Notes under the pieces: generated by a model
What the model was told of the DNA's origin: nothing
Databases searched by the model: none
The model's input: only the letters and a program-made list of their open reading frames with translations
Translations under genes and position numbers: made by a program
NCBI GenBank assembly: GCA_951406725.2
Contig: OX597829.1
Coordinates: forward strand, 17,918,001-17,982,000
Length of the DNA: 64,000 nt
Direction: 5' to 3'
From: Octopus vulgaris
Lineage: Eukaryota
In this document: positions 1 to 13,170 of the stretch, in pieces
How positions within the stretch are numbered: position 1 is the first letter of the stretch
Layout: every line of letters begins with the position of its first letter

Positions 1-61
1 ATGCAGAACATACACATATACACAAACACACCGGCACACGCAAAGGCACAGATACATACAC

Positions 62-114
<53 letters not shown>

Positions 115-228
115 TTACGTATGTAAATACTTACACATACACACACACACACATACATACATATATATATGTATATACACTCACATACACACATATACAT
201 GCACACGCATACACACACACACACATAC

Positions 229-282
<54 letters not shown>

Positions 283-387
283 ATATATATAAACAACATA
301 TAAACAAAGGCAAAAGAAAATTATTTCTATGCCAATATGCTGATAACAGACTTTTAAATCGTCAATTTCCACATATTATTATGTACC

Positions 388-449
<62 letters not shown>

Positions 450-469
450 GGCTATATATATTAAATTAT

Positions 470-612
470 TGATAGGGTTGACAGAGTGCACTGTAAACTT
501 TATTTAGTACTGTGATCGTTTCAGCTTACATCTGCACTGCTTTTTTGCGTGGAACGATATAATGGAATCGAATGCACCCCATACTGCAGAGCAAACCTCA
601 TCAGGTTACATA
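470..612 (-). ncRNA. Degenerate type I hammerhead-like motif with long stem II (PLE pseudo-LTR-type)
   Basis: Minus strand reads CTGATGA (604-598), stem II ggtttgc-tctgca...tgcaga-tgtaagct, GAAAC-GATC (522-514), a mutated cleavage triplet (ACA), then AATAAA. Homologous to 3175-3315. Confidence 0.55.
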
Positions 613-992
613 ATACATTACAGTGTTATAATATGTACATTTCACTGCTGTGTGTGGTAGAACGGCGTTGGTCTGATGCGTGCGTTAAGAGGATATACTT
701 GTCTACTGGTCTCGTCTTAAGGAAATGGTAGGGGTTCGCTCCCCTGCTCGTAATTTTATCAGATGCAGCTTTTCATCGTTAACCAGCTAGATGAGATGTC
801 CTTTTGGGGTCAAAAAATCGCAGAAGAGTCCGCTTGAACGGACAGCCATGCTAAAGTGGGTACGAATATTACTTGTCAGTACAACTACTGCGTTGATCTC
901 TTAGAGAGATTTTTGAACTAGTATTTTTTTAAACAAATTTTTGCAATTCTCTGATAATACAGGCAAATACTTGCCCAAATGCATTAATAAAT

Positions 993-1047
<55 letters not shown>

Positions 1048-1049
<2 letters not shown>

Positions 1050-2159
1050 GATCGTCATATTAAAATTTTTTTTCACCGTTGTTACAATCATCTGAAACGG
1101 AACTGTCAAAGCGCAATATTCTAGCAATTTTTCTATTCAACTTCAAAAAAGGACGTAAAACAGCTGAAACTGCTCGCAATATCAACGAGACATTTGTTGA
1201 GTAAATGACCAGTGAATGGTCAGCTCGAAAAGGGTTAAAACGATTTCGCAGTAGAGACCTGAGCCTTGAAGATCGTGAGCGTAGTGGACGCCCATCTGTC
1301 ATCGATGACGGTCTTTAATTGACCGTCATCGAGAAAGATCCACGTAAAACCACCATAGAACTGGCAAAAGAAAACTGCCTGCAATCATTTGCATGCAATC
1401 GAAAAATCAAGAAAAGCATACGATTGGGCACCATACCATTTGAATGAAAATCAGAAGATGCGTAGATATGAAATTTGCTCGTTGCTTCTTCTCCGTAACC
1501 AGACTGATCCATTTCTCGACCGTATTGTAACTTGCGATGAAAAGTGGATTCTGTACAATAATAAAAAAACGTTCCTCGCAGTGGTTGGACCAAAATAAAA
1601 CACTGAAAACCCTCCCTAAACTAAACCTCTTCAAAAAGGTTATGGTGACTGTTTGGTCTCATCCACTATAACTTTTTAAAACCTGGAAAAACCATTACTG
1701 CAGAAACATATTGCCATGAAATTGCCAAAATGAACGTAAAACTGCTACTCCTCCGTCTCAGACTGGTCAACAGAAGAGAGCCAATCAATCTTCATGACAA
1801 TGTTCACCCACACGTTTCACTAATGACGCTCCAGATGTCGAGGGAACTTGGCTACGAAGTTCTTCCCCACCCAGCTTATTCCCCTGATCCTTCTACTGAC
1901 TACCACTTTTTTAAGCACCTTGATGGTTTTATGCGATAGGAGAAGGTCAAAAATCAAACCGATGCTGAAATAGCGTTCAAAGAGTTCATCAGCTGCAGAA
2001 CTCCAGACTTTTATGCTACTGGAATAAATAAACTTGTAATTCGTTGGCAAAAATGTGTTGATTGTAATGGCTCTTTGATGAATAAAATTTCCGCTTTGTT
2101 GAAAATATATCGTGATGAATTTCATGTTTCCAAACGTTCATTAGTTTTTACTTAGCCAA

Positions 2160-2160
<1 letters not shown>
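1048..2160 (+). mobile_element. Decayed mariner (DD34D-type) transposon with frameshifted transposase
   Basis: Motifs FKKGRKTAETARNI, RIVTCDEKWILYNN, HDN...HPAYSPDPSTDYHFF (33-aa D-D spacing, one codon short of 34) and RWQKCVDCNG across several frames. Flanked by (TA)n; 5' TIR not evident. Confidence 0.92.
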
Positions 2161-2201
<41 letters not shown>

Positions 2202-2209
<8 letters not shown>

Positions 2210-2387
2210 GCTTATAAAATAAGGGCAAAAGAAAAAATATAATGCCAAATATGCCAAAATTGTCAATAACCATTATAATTTATGCGTCTCATTATAATTT
2301 ATGCGTCTCATTATAATTTATGTGTTTTTTGGGCATATTTGGCATTAGATTTTTTCTTTTGCCCTTATTCTATAAGTTGTTTATAAA
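2202..2387. repeat. Inverted repeat (~55-bp arms) enclosing about three tandem 19-mers
   Basis: ataagggcaaaagaaaaaatataatgccaaatatgcc versus ggcatatttggcattagatttttcttttgcccttat; CATTATAATTTATGCGTCT repeated at 2271-2325. Confidence 0.85.
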
Positions 2388-2467
2388 TTTAACCTTTAAA
2401 GGTATTTTTTGATATGCTGGCCATTGATAAAAACTTTTTTTTCGAAAAAAATTTTATCCTACATTAG

Positions 2468-2529
<62 letters not shown>

Positions 2530-2557
2530 GTATACTCATGTATCTATATAATGTAGT

Positions 2558-2591
<34 letters not shown>

Positions 2592-2730
2592 AGATTAATC
2601 AGCCGAAATTACTACGATGATCCGGTTCTTGACTGAAGACTGAGGGTTTCGAATGTCCTGTCCGTGTTTATTGTGTCGTCTTCTAAGAGTTATACGTTCT
2701 TGTCCATGTTGTATTTTTCTACATACCTTA

Positions 2731-2762
<32 letters not shown>

Positions 2763-3174
2763 ATGTGTGTGTGCCTGTTCGTGTGTGTGTGTGTGTATAT
2801 ATATATGTGTGTGTGTGCGTGTGTGTGTGTGTATGTGTGTGTATACATATATATATGTGTAACAAGTCGAATACGCGAACCACACCCCCATCAAATTCTC
2901 GACCATATTACCAAGAACGATAAACATGACCCACCATCAAAGAACTTCACGACCTTTAGAGCACTTTTCATTCAAAAGCCATTCTGATCTTTCCATTTAT
3001 TCTTTCTTTTTGAATTTTTTTGTTTTGTTTTCTTTACCTACCCCTCCTTGGATACATACCAACCATCCTGCCTCATTAATGGATTAGTGAACTACTATAA
3101 AGGTACGCATGATTACCAAAGCCATCCTGCCTCACACAGTAGCGAAATGTACATGCTATAACACTAACGTATTA

Positions 3175-3315
3175 TGTAAACCTGATGAAGTTTCTTCTGC
3201 ACTGTGGGGTGCATTCAGTTACATTATATCATTCTCCACCCATTAGGAAGCAATGCAGCTGTACCCCGAAACAATCGTCGTAATAAATAAAGCTTACAGT
3301 AATCTCTGACTTCTA
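3175..3315 (+). ncRNA. Type I hammerhead-like motif with long stem II insertion
   Basis: CTGATGA 3182-3188, ctgca...tgcag pairing, GAAAC 3268-3272, AATC, GTC 3277-3279, AATAAA at 3282. Stem I is weak. Confidence 0.6.
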
Positions 3316-3419
3316 TATTAATCATTGAAAATATAGTAAACGTGTACCGAGGAATTACTTATATATATCCTATGACTAAAGTGCAGGAATCTGTGGTTAT
3401 TACCACTGCCTACAATTTT

Positions 3420-4290
3420 GTTCCAAATGTTTTCAGATTTGGTATATGAATTAAGTTTTGTATACTAATTATGAAAATGAAAATGAATTTTCATTTTTCC
3501 TATAGATCCTTAATTAAAAATTTATTAGCCTTTAAAATTTGCAAATCTTGGATATTTTAGCCAATCAGAAGCGAGTATTTTACTCGTCACCGTGGCGAAA
3601 ACTCTGTTTCCATAGTAACCAAAAATGCTGCGCATGCGCCCTAGGAGGAGAAGGAGATACGAGAAAGACAATTTTCTACTATAACACTCTTGTGTTTTTC
3701 TCCATCACAACATATGAATGAGAAAGGAAGGGTGATAGATGAATAAGGAAGGGAGGGGTGATAGATGAATAAGGAAGGAAGGGGTGAAGGCAAACTGGTA
3801 GTGGGAACGTTTCAAGTATATGTGTGTGAATGTTTGTGTGTGCGTGTGTGTGTATGAGAATGTGCAATGGAAGTGGGATGGTGAATTTCTTTAACCAATA
3901 AATGTCTGTTTTAAACAATGTTTTGACTGTTATTTCTAGCAACTTCTTTTGGTTTGTTTCTTCGTAGCTTTTAAATATTTAATTTACTCACGAATGTTTT
4001 AATGTTAACTTCATTCCTGTGTATATTTTAATGTTTTGACTGTTATTTCTAGCAATGTTTTGACATGCCGATGCCTTCCTCTCCCCATTAATGGTAGAAG
4101 AGGCAGCGAACGCGCTGTTTCCTAATTAGCTGAATATTCTGAAAATCATCAGATTTTGAACACCTGTAACATTTTTATAAAATATTTATGGTATAAATGA
4201 ATAACAAATTCGGTTTCTGCGTCAAGACTTACATCTATGATAGATTAAAAAATTTTCTGAAAGATAATTGTAAACAATGACGAAAACAAA
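3420..4290. mobile_element. Old MITE-like element with diverged long terminal inverted repeats
   Basis: 3485-3575 (gaattttcatttttcctatagat...gatattttagccaatcagaagc) resembles the reverse complement of 4115-4212. Confidence 0.4.
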
Positions 4291-4412
4291 GAAGATCCAA
4301 GTGCAGTACTGAAAATGATGTCTGGTGTCCGCACGTGGGGAATTTACTCTCGAGGCACACTACTAGCGACATACACAAAACAAGGTTTGGATACTACATT
4401 TTAAAGTCTCCT

Positions 4413-4632
4413 ATACTATTTACTATTTTTACTATTTTACTTGTTTCAGTCCTTTGACTGCGGCCATGCTGGAGCACCGCCTTTAGTCGAGCAAATCGAC
4501 CCCACGACTTATTCTTTGTAAGCCTAGTACTTATTCTATCGGTCGCTTTTGCCGAACCGCTAGGTTACGGTGACATAAACACACTAGCATCGGTTGTCAA
4601 GCGATCTTGGGGGGACAAACACAGGCATACAA

Positions 4633-4679
<47 letters not shown>

Positions 4680-4852
4680 CATATATACGATGAGCCTCTT
4701 TCAGTTTCCGTCTACCAAATCCACTCACAAGGCTTTGGTCGACCCGAGGCTATAGTGGAAGACACTTGCCCAAGGTGCCACGCAGTGAGACTGAACTCGA
4801 AACCATGTAGTCCGTAAACAAACTACTTACCACACAGCCACTCCTACGCCTA
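4413..4852 (-). mobile_element. tRNA-derived SINE family A, full length
   Basis: A-box-like TGGCTGTGTGG, B-box-like GTTCAGTC, ccttgggcaagtgtc core, internal (TG)n, tail GGCGGTGCTCCAGCATGGCC...GAAAC; multiple copies in the window. Confidence 0.9.
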
Positions 4853-4856
4853 TCTA

Positions 4857-5505
<649 letters not shown>

Positions 5506-5539
5506 AAATGTGTGTGTATATGTATACATATATATATGT

Positions 5540-5697
5540 AGCAGGCGCAAGTGTGACTGAGTGGTAAGTAGCGTGTTTGCCAACCACGTGGTCCCACTGC
5601 GTGGTACCTTGAGCAAGTGTCTTCTACTATAGCCTCGGGCCGACCAAAGCCTTGTGAGGGGATTTGGTAGACGGAAACTGAAAGAAGCCTCGTCGTA
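5540..5697 (+). mobile_element. SINE family A, 5' half
   Basis: Matches the head of the 45428 copy up to gaaagaagcctcgtcgtat. Confidence 0.85.
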
Positions 5698-6169
5698 TGT
5701 AAATATAAATATAAATATATATATATATTTCATTGTACTCTTCTCTTGATGAAAAATCCACGACGTTTGAACTTGTTTGAACTTTGTTAAAACGGTGTAA
5801 AACAATGTAATCTTCTCTTTAGGAAAATGAAGAAATGAAACTCGTCAATAAGACATTTTAACAGAAAATGATGGATATGTATTGTGATTAACTAAATGCT
5901 ATTGTCAGTTTTTTTTTTACTCCATTTTTTCCCTAATCCGCACGTTGTTGCTTTGCCTCTCTTTCTTTCCCTTTCTTTTTCTTTTCTTTTTTGTATTCTC
6001 TTTTTCTTCTCTTTTTCTCTCCGTTTCTTCTTTTTCTCTTTTTATATTTTTCTTCTCCTCCTGCCTTTCGAATTTTTTTCTCGTTGCACCTTTTGAATCT
6101 TTTAAACTTTTTTATACTCCGTATGTCATTACTTTGCCTTTCTCTCTCCTCTTTTTGTTTCTCCTTTTT

Positions 6170-6585
6170 CAGTCATGCCCCAGGAATGGCTCTGAGACAA
6201 TTTCTGCGACCACATCACCCCTAGCATCTGGCCACCTAACTCCCCAGACTGCAACTCCCCCGATTATTATGTGTGGGGCACAGTTGAGTGAGAGACCAAC
6301 AAAACTCTTTGTAACACCAAAGATAAACTGAAGGCAAAGATCATGGCAGCGCAGCATTCACCAACTTAAACAAAGAGACCATTCAGAACTCTTGCAGGAG
6401 ATTCCAAAGTCGTCTGGAGGCTGTGATTGAAGCCAATGGCAATTTTATTGAATAAAATTTACTCTTTAGTATTTCAAGATATTTTTATGTAATTTTGGTA
6501 AATGTATCTGTTAAAATGAGATGTCAGTGCTATTTTGATTTTTGCGTAATTTCGATGAGCTTTAGGTGTTTTCGCTCGCACCCTA
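6170..6585 (+). mobile_element. 3' fragment of a Tc1/mariner-superfamily (maT/DD37D-like) transposon
   Basis: Translates ITPSIWPPNSPDCNSPDYYVWG...CRRFQSRLEAVIEANGNFIE*, the WPPxSPDxNPxDY signature. Confidence 0.75.
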
Positions 6586-6802
6586 TATATATGAGTGTGT
6601 ATGTATAGGCATACATACACACACACACACACATACATATATTTTAATGTTTAATTTTGCAATATAATAAGTTATCGTTGAAATAATTAAAAAATACGTA
6701 ATGCTACATGTTTATTAAACTTTTACGAGTGTTGATACTACTGTCGAAGTTTTAATCCACCAGCCTTCATCATAAATGTGTGTGTGTGTGCGTTTGTGTG
6801 TG

Positions 6803-6843
<41 letters not shown>

Positions 6844-6987
6844 TGTGTGTGTGTGTGCGTGTGTTTCAAATCCTTTACAGCCGTGATCATCACGTCATTT
6901 TCATTCGGATACAGTACAAGCTATTTTGTTTCCTTCTTTTGAATCATCTTTTGTTGTTCGTCTTCCGTTGTTGTTGTTGTTGTTGTC

Positions 6988-7090
6988 GTAAGCTGGCAGA
7001 ATCATTAGCACACCGGGCGAAATGCCTAGCGGTGTTTCGTCTACCGTTACGTTCTGAGTTCAAATTCCGCCGAGGTCGACTTTGCTATTC
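6988..7090 (+). mobile_element. SINE family B, 5' fragment
   Basis: gctggcagaatcattagcac...gagttcaaattccgccgaggtcgactttgc. Confidence 0.85.
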
Positions 7091-7091
7091 G

Positions 7092-7511
7092 TAAGACCCG
7101 CAGAAGAGAAAAGCAGGTCAACCTCCGACACCGAGAGCATCGACGGATGGACGAATGCGCATCCAGGCTCAGCGGTTGCGTAGGAAGTCGGGGACAAGAA
7201 ACAGGAAGAAATTCCGCCGAGTGAGAGAAAGTTGGAGCGAAAGAGTACAACAGGGGGGGTCGCCACCGACCCCCTACCGCAGCCTCGTGGAGCTTTAGGC
7301 GTTTTCGCTCAATAAACCGGGAATCGAATATATTGGCTTCAAATTTTGGCACAAGGTCAGCAAGTTCGGGAGAGTATAAATCGATTACCATCGACCCCTA
7401 CCGCAGCCTCGTGGAGCTCTAGGCGTTTTCGCTCAATAAACTAGGAATCGAAACCGTCAATCCTAACCGCGAGTCCGCTGCCCTAACCACTCGTTGCCAT
7501 TGCGCCTCCAC
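7092..7511 (-). mobile_element. tRNA-derived SINE family C with internal duplication
   Basis: Minus strand begins gtggaggcgcaatggc...agtggttagggcagcggactcgcgg...ggtttcgattcc, a tRNA-like head with A/B boxes; 7262-7328 is repeated at 7392-7452. Confidence 0.75.
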
Positions 7512-8042
7512 TGCTGTTGTTGTTGTTGTTGTTACCGTTTTTTTTGTTTAGCTCAGAGTGATGATGGTTAATTATACTAGTATCCGAAGGCAATCAAGCC
7601 GAATATATAATTATGTCTTTTCTTTTTTTTTTTTGAGGGAGATAAAGTGCTTGTAGAATCACAATATTTTCTGCTATTGCTTTTCGTTTTCAAATCACTA
7701 AGGTTTTATCTGAAGGAGGTTTAGTTGCTATTTCTAAAAGGTCTGGTGAACACATTAGATTCCTTCCTGCCTTAGCTCGAAAAGAAGTAGTTGTTGATTA
7801 GTTGTATGTGAATCAGCTCTAGTTGGGTAAAACTACATTCAAATCCTTTACAGCCGTGACCATCACGTCATTTTCATTAAGATACGTTGATACAAATAGT
7901 AGGATTATTCTAATTCGTTGTTCTTTTATTTCATCTATGTTAAAACGAGGATGACTACGACCGATATTATAGAAATTTAACATTTTGATAAAGGTGAGAA
8001 GCGGAAGTTCGAATTGTATCGCATAATATACCGGAATTTAAG

Positions 8043-8425
8043 ACGCCGGACGAAATGCGTAGCCGTATTTCATCTGCCGTTACGTTCTGGGTTCAAATTC
8101 CGCCGAGGTCGACTGCCTTTCATCCTTTCGGGGTCGATTAATTAAGTACCAGTTACGCACTGGGGTCGATATAATCGACTTAATCCGTTTGTCTTCCTTG
8201 TTTGTCCTCTCTGTGTTTAGACCCGTGTGAGTAGTAAAGAAATAGGTATTTCGTCTGCCGTTACGTTCTGAGTTCAAATTCCGCCGAGGCGACTTTGCCT
8301 TTCATCCTTTCGGGGTCGATTAAATAAGTACCAGTTACGCACTAGGGTCGATGTAATCGACTGAAACCCTTTGTCTGTCCTTGTTTGTCGCCTTTATGTT
8401 TAGCCTCCTGTGGGCAATAAAGAAA
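8043..8425 (+). mobile_element. SINE family B head-to-tail dimer
   Basis: Two units joined at aaagaaata|ggtatttcgtc (~8243); central motif gcctttcatcctttcggggtcgat. Confidence 0.9.
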
Positions 8426-8429
8426 TATA

Positions 8430-8624
8430 TATATTGGTTTCAAATTTTGGCATAAGGTCAGCAAGTTCGGGAGAGTATAAATCGATTACATCGACCCCAG
8501 GGCTCAACTGGTACTTATCTGATCAACACCGAATTAATGAAGGCAAAGCCGACCTTGGCGAAATTTGATCTCAGAACATAAAGACTGATGAAATGTCACC
8601 TAACATCTGCCAGCTCGTTGCCTT
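8430..8624 (-). mobile_element. Diverged SINE family B variant
   Basis: tcgattacatcgacccc...aactggtact...ctgccagctcgttgcctt. Confidence 0.75.
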
Positions 8625-8869
8625 GTCGGATACCTATATTGATAGCTCTTTGTTGGTTCATACTTCGTCATTTCGTTGCAGTTATTACTTTTGTTATTAG
8701 CGCTTGCCTCACTGGTCTATGGCGGACGACATTCCAGGTGGCCATCACCTTTTTTAAGCATTGTTCATCATGGAATATTTCTTCTAATATGTGCCGCCTC
8801 TTTTGTGAGGAAAGTCGGGTGATCTGAGAGAAATTTGGCTGTTAAGTATAATGCTTTCTTACTTTAGTT

Positions 8870-9050
8870 TAGGGCCCGAAATTTTTGAGGGGAGGGGTTG
8901 ATTCGATTACATCGATCCCAATATTCAACTGGTACTTGCAAGGATGAAAGGCAAAACTGATCTCGGTAACAATTGAACTCAGAACGTAAAGAACAGCAAA
9001 AAGAGGCGCTAAGCATTTGGCCAGATGCGCAAATGACTCTACCAGGTCTC
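8870..9050 (-). mobile_element. Diverged SINE family B variant
   Basis: tcgattacatcgatccc...aggatgaaaggcaaa...ttgaactcagaacgt. Confidence 0.7.
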
Positions 9051-9266
9051 TGCATTTAGTCTACTAAATACACCATGTATTATGTTTTCTTTTGGAAACA
9101 CCGTTATACAGTTGATACAAATAGTAGGATTATTCTAATTCGTTGTTCTTTTATTTCATCTATGTTAAAACGACGATGACTACGACCGATATTATAGAAA
9201 TTTAACATTTTGATAAAGGTGAGAAGCGGAAGTTCGAAATGTATCGCATAATATACCGGAATTTAA

Positions 9267-9650
9267 GACGCCGGACGAAATGCGTAGCCGTATTTCATCT
9301 GCCGTTACGTTCTGGGTTCAAATTCCGCCGAGGTCGACTGCCTTTCATCCTTTCGGGGTCGATAAATTAAGGACCAGTTACGCACTGGGGTCGATATAAT
9401 CGACTTAATCCGTTTGTCTGTCCTTGTTTGTCCTCTCTGTGTTTAGACCCGTGTGAGTAGTAAAGAAATAGGTATTTCGTCTGCTGTTACGTTCTGAGTT
9501 CAAATTCCGACGAGGTCGACTTTGCCTTTCATCCTTTCGGGGTCGATAAATTAAGTACCAGTTACACACTGGGGTCGATGTAATCGACTTAATCCGTTTG
9601 TCTCTCCTTGTTTGTCCCCTCTGTGTTTATCCCCTTGTGAGTAGTTAAAA
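9267..9650 (+). mobile_element. SINE family B dimer with candidate 15-bp target-site duplication
   Basis: Same dimer junction (~9470); flanked by aatataccggaattt (~9250) and aatataccagaattt (~9665). Confidence 0.88.
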
Positions 9651-12128
9651 ATATAAAAAAATAAAATATACCAGAATTTGCATATTTATTACAACATTGC
9701 TGTACTCGTTACATTAGTTATGCGGCATATTTCTCACAATTTATTTACCTTTAACTTTCCCAAGGATTAGAATTATAGATCAAAGATGAAGAACCTGGTC
9801 TCATAAGGCCAAGTGTGGTGTTTTAGGCCCTTACATGCGTTCCTTATGTGTATTCAGCGATACTGTCGCCATCAGCGAATAGTTTCTATAGAAAAAAAAT
9901 TTAGGATTAACATTCATTCAAAAAATCCAAGCTGATTTTCTTGCAACTATTATTCTAGTGTGAGTGAGGGTGTGAGTGGTTACAGAGCCAAAATCATGAA
10001 CCTCAGAGAATAGCTGAATATAAGAGTACCAAGTCCTTGACGTTTCACTGGATCAAATTTGAGACAATCGAGAAATAGTCAATATTTTCTCGTGTCTACT
10101 TAGGCGAAGTGAAATATTTCTTTTTTTTTTTTTTTGAAAGGTTCTATAATCGTCCAGTATTTAAGTTCTGGTTTATTAATAATATCACGTTGACAACCAT
10201 TCCTATTTTTCTCTACCGCCATCGGTTACCATCTTGTAGACTCAAGTGACCTTCAAATCTCAGATAGAAACCCTATTCTTTGTTATTATTTAACTTCCCA
10301 GCAGAACTGATCAGGCAAACATATGATCAAAGGTGTTCCGTAAGTATAATTCTAATGGTCGTTTCCTCCTAGCCCTGCTTAGGAGTCCTGGGACACGCAT
10401 TTTTTGCATTCCCAAACAACGTACAAGCTTGTTTACTGGATAGAGTCCCCACTTGTTTAAGGTGGAGACCACAGTCATCACATTCAGGATCTGTCGTTAG
10501 TAATGACAGAACATATTACAAGTATTGTAACACTGCGACTTGGTGGTCCTGAAATACCACTGTCTTAGAGTTTTTGTAAGGAATCTTTTCATACCTTGAG
10601 TAAAAACATCCAAGTACCAATTGGTGGTGTTAAAATGAGTGACGTAGTAAGCCTTTAGTGTGATTTGAGCTCGAAACGCAGAGAACTGTAACAAATGCTG
10701 CGGGATATCCCATTTGACCCTCTAGCACTTTTGCCAGTTAACAACTCCTTAACTCGGATTTTATATATCAAACGTGAAGGCGTGTAAGGCAAAGCTGACC
10801 TCGGCTGGATTTGAACGCTAACCAAAAGAAACAGGAATGATTATTGCTAGGCATTTCAAATAATCTTCTCACGATTCTACCGATTTGCCGCCTATATAAT
10901 TGAGACATCCAGTATAATTGGTCTATTGATGAGAGGCATCCAATATAATTAGAAATTCTGCAGATGGTATGACCAATGGTGTAAATTGTTACAAACTCCA
11001 TGAAAGATGAGAAGCAGGGAGAAGTGGGCAGAGGGAAAAAAATAAATGTAACGACAGGCAACTTGCTCCAGATTTTCAATAAACAGAGAAACAATTACAA
11101 AGGCTTCAGTGAAAAAAACTTCAGTTCCTTGCGATGTCTACATGACACAGGCAGCTCTTAAATCATGTTGTTTAGGGAAGAATGTTGATTGATGGGACTC
11201 TTGAGAAAAATAGCCCAGAAACACTGGCATAAGTAATGACATAACTGGCACGAAGTGGAAATAAACACAGGTGTTAATAATGTTTTCTATTACAAATAAC
11301 AACAACAATAACAAATAATAATAATAATAGTAATAATAACAACAACAACAAAATCAATTGTCAAAATCAAAAGATAAAATTTAGAAAATTCGTATTTTCT
11401 AATGTTTTGTATGAAGGAAAAATATGTTGAACGTTAGATATTTAACAAAGATCCTATAACATGTGTTCTTCTTTCAGAAGACCAGACAAACGGTCATTGG
11501 CCGCCATTTTTGTTTTTGTAATTCAAGTTTTGTTTATTTCAAGTTTCTATAACAGATGCATTACAACGGCGTGAAAGAGTGCTGATTATTAGGAACATAA
11601 CATTTTTGGTTAAGGCAACAACCTTTTTTCTTTTCTTTATTCCTTCCTTTCTTTATTTTTTTCATGCCGGAATTCTTTTCATCAACTCCGATAAGACGAT
11701 AAGCAATTTGTTGAGAACTTTATCAGCGTTTTCCTATAATAATTGGGTTTTATTTATAAGACTAGGAGAATAAATATATAAGAAAGAATAAAAGAAGGAA
11801 ATATCCAGTGTTATTTTGACTATTGTAGTGTCTTCTGTCCTTATTACTGGGTTGATTCTAATTAACGTTTTAATTAAGTAGATATTTATTTATTCGTTGA
11901 TTTATTTATATATTTATTTTTTTATTCATTGGCTAATGACAAGAAACAGATTGCTCATAGAAACAATAAACAATTTACACACACACACACACACATACAT
12001 GATGTATGTACAAGCATATTCCTGTATATATATATATATATACTACATATGGTTATATATGCGTGTGTATGTATTCATGTGTGCTAATTTGTATATGTGT
12101 CTGTCTGTACGTGTGTGCAAGTGTGTGT

Positions 12129-12211
<83 letters not shown>

Positions 12212-12822
12212 TGAGTGAACAAGTGAAAGAATGTGATGCTTAACACATTTGTAAGGAGTTACATACATTTTAATTCCAGTTTGACTCAGCTCCGCTTAAG
12301 TAAAACTATAGCTAAATATATTTATTTAAAGAGAGAGAGAGCGGGGACAAAGAGGTGAGAGGAAGATAAAAAAAAAAAGATGTTGAGAGTAAAAGCTTTC
12401 ACAAAACGTTACTTAGTGTTTCTTGAAACCGATCAACAGACTTTTAAGTTGGAACAGTTTTAAATAGTTTAAGTAAATGAGAATCGAATGGTAAACAACC
12501 AAATAAACGTTTTGAGAGCGGCTTGTCACATTCCAAGATTAATGGCATTTGTTAAATAATTCGACTGATCGTTGATGAAGACATAAAAAAATCTTCTAAG
12601 CGATTAACATAAAGGGGAATTAACAATGGAGCTATACTAGGGGAAATAGTTATTTCTGATTCCGGAGGAATATCTAGAAAAAAAGAACATTTTAGGATTT
12701 GGGAAACAGACAATAAAAATCAAAAATAAAACAAGAACAAGCAAAAAAATACTAAAAAAATAAATTACGTTTATATATTTGCTTTGCGAGATTTTTGATG
12801 TGAAGTCGTGTGTTGAAACATA

Positions 12823-13038
12823 TATTGTTGTATTTAGGAATGGTCATTTTGCCAGTTTAGCCAATAAAAACACACGCACTATATATTTGGTGTTACTTTG
12901 CTTCAGCGTTATTTATTTTTTACATTTAACCTCAATCTTATTTCGGCCAGAACTCTGAAGCAAAGTAACACCAAATATATAGTGCGTATGTTATTATTGG
13001 CTAAACTGGCAAAATGACCATTCCTAAATACAACAATA
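12823..13038. repeat. Near-perfect inverted repeat (84-bp arms, ~48-bp spacer)
   Basis: tattgttgtatttaggaatggtcattttgcc...cttcag versus ctgaag...ggcaaaatgaccattcctaaatacaacaata. Confidence 0.92.
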
Positions 13039-13101
13039 AAAAATAAATTTCTTATGGGAAAACGTGTGGATACAGAGAGGAAAATGGAGTGAAAAAAATA
13101 T

Positions 13102-13170
13102 TGCTTACTGCCTGACCGTTGTGCCTTGCTCCTGCTACTGCCTGATCAGGTTAAAACGTCTTTTTCATTC
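13102..13170 (+). mobile_element. Small Tx1/L1-like ORF2 fragment
   Basis: AYCLTVVPCSCYCLIRLKRLF matches IYCLTVVPCLSYCLIRLECLL of the 34420-35990 element. Confidence 0.6.

Noticed and set aside
2271-2325. CRISPR-like repeat array
   Set aside because: Spacerless tandem 19-mers in a eukaryotic context with no cas genes.
7443-7511. tRNA-like sequences (also 31108, 45428, 60590-60661)
   Set aside because: No complete cloverleaf, and each continues into SINE body sequence; these are SINE heads.
11495-11512. YY1-like GGCCGCCATTTT motif
   Set aside because: An isolated motif without other promoter evidence.
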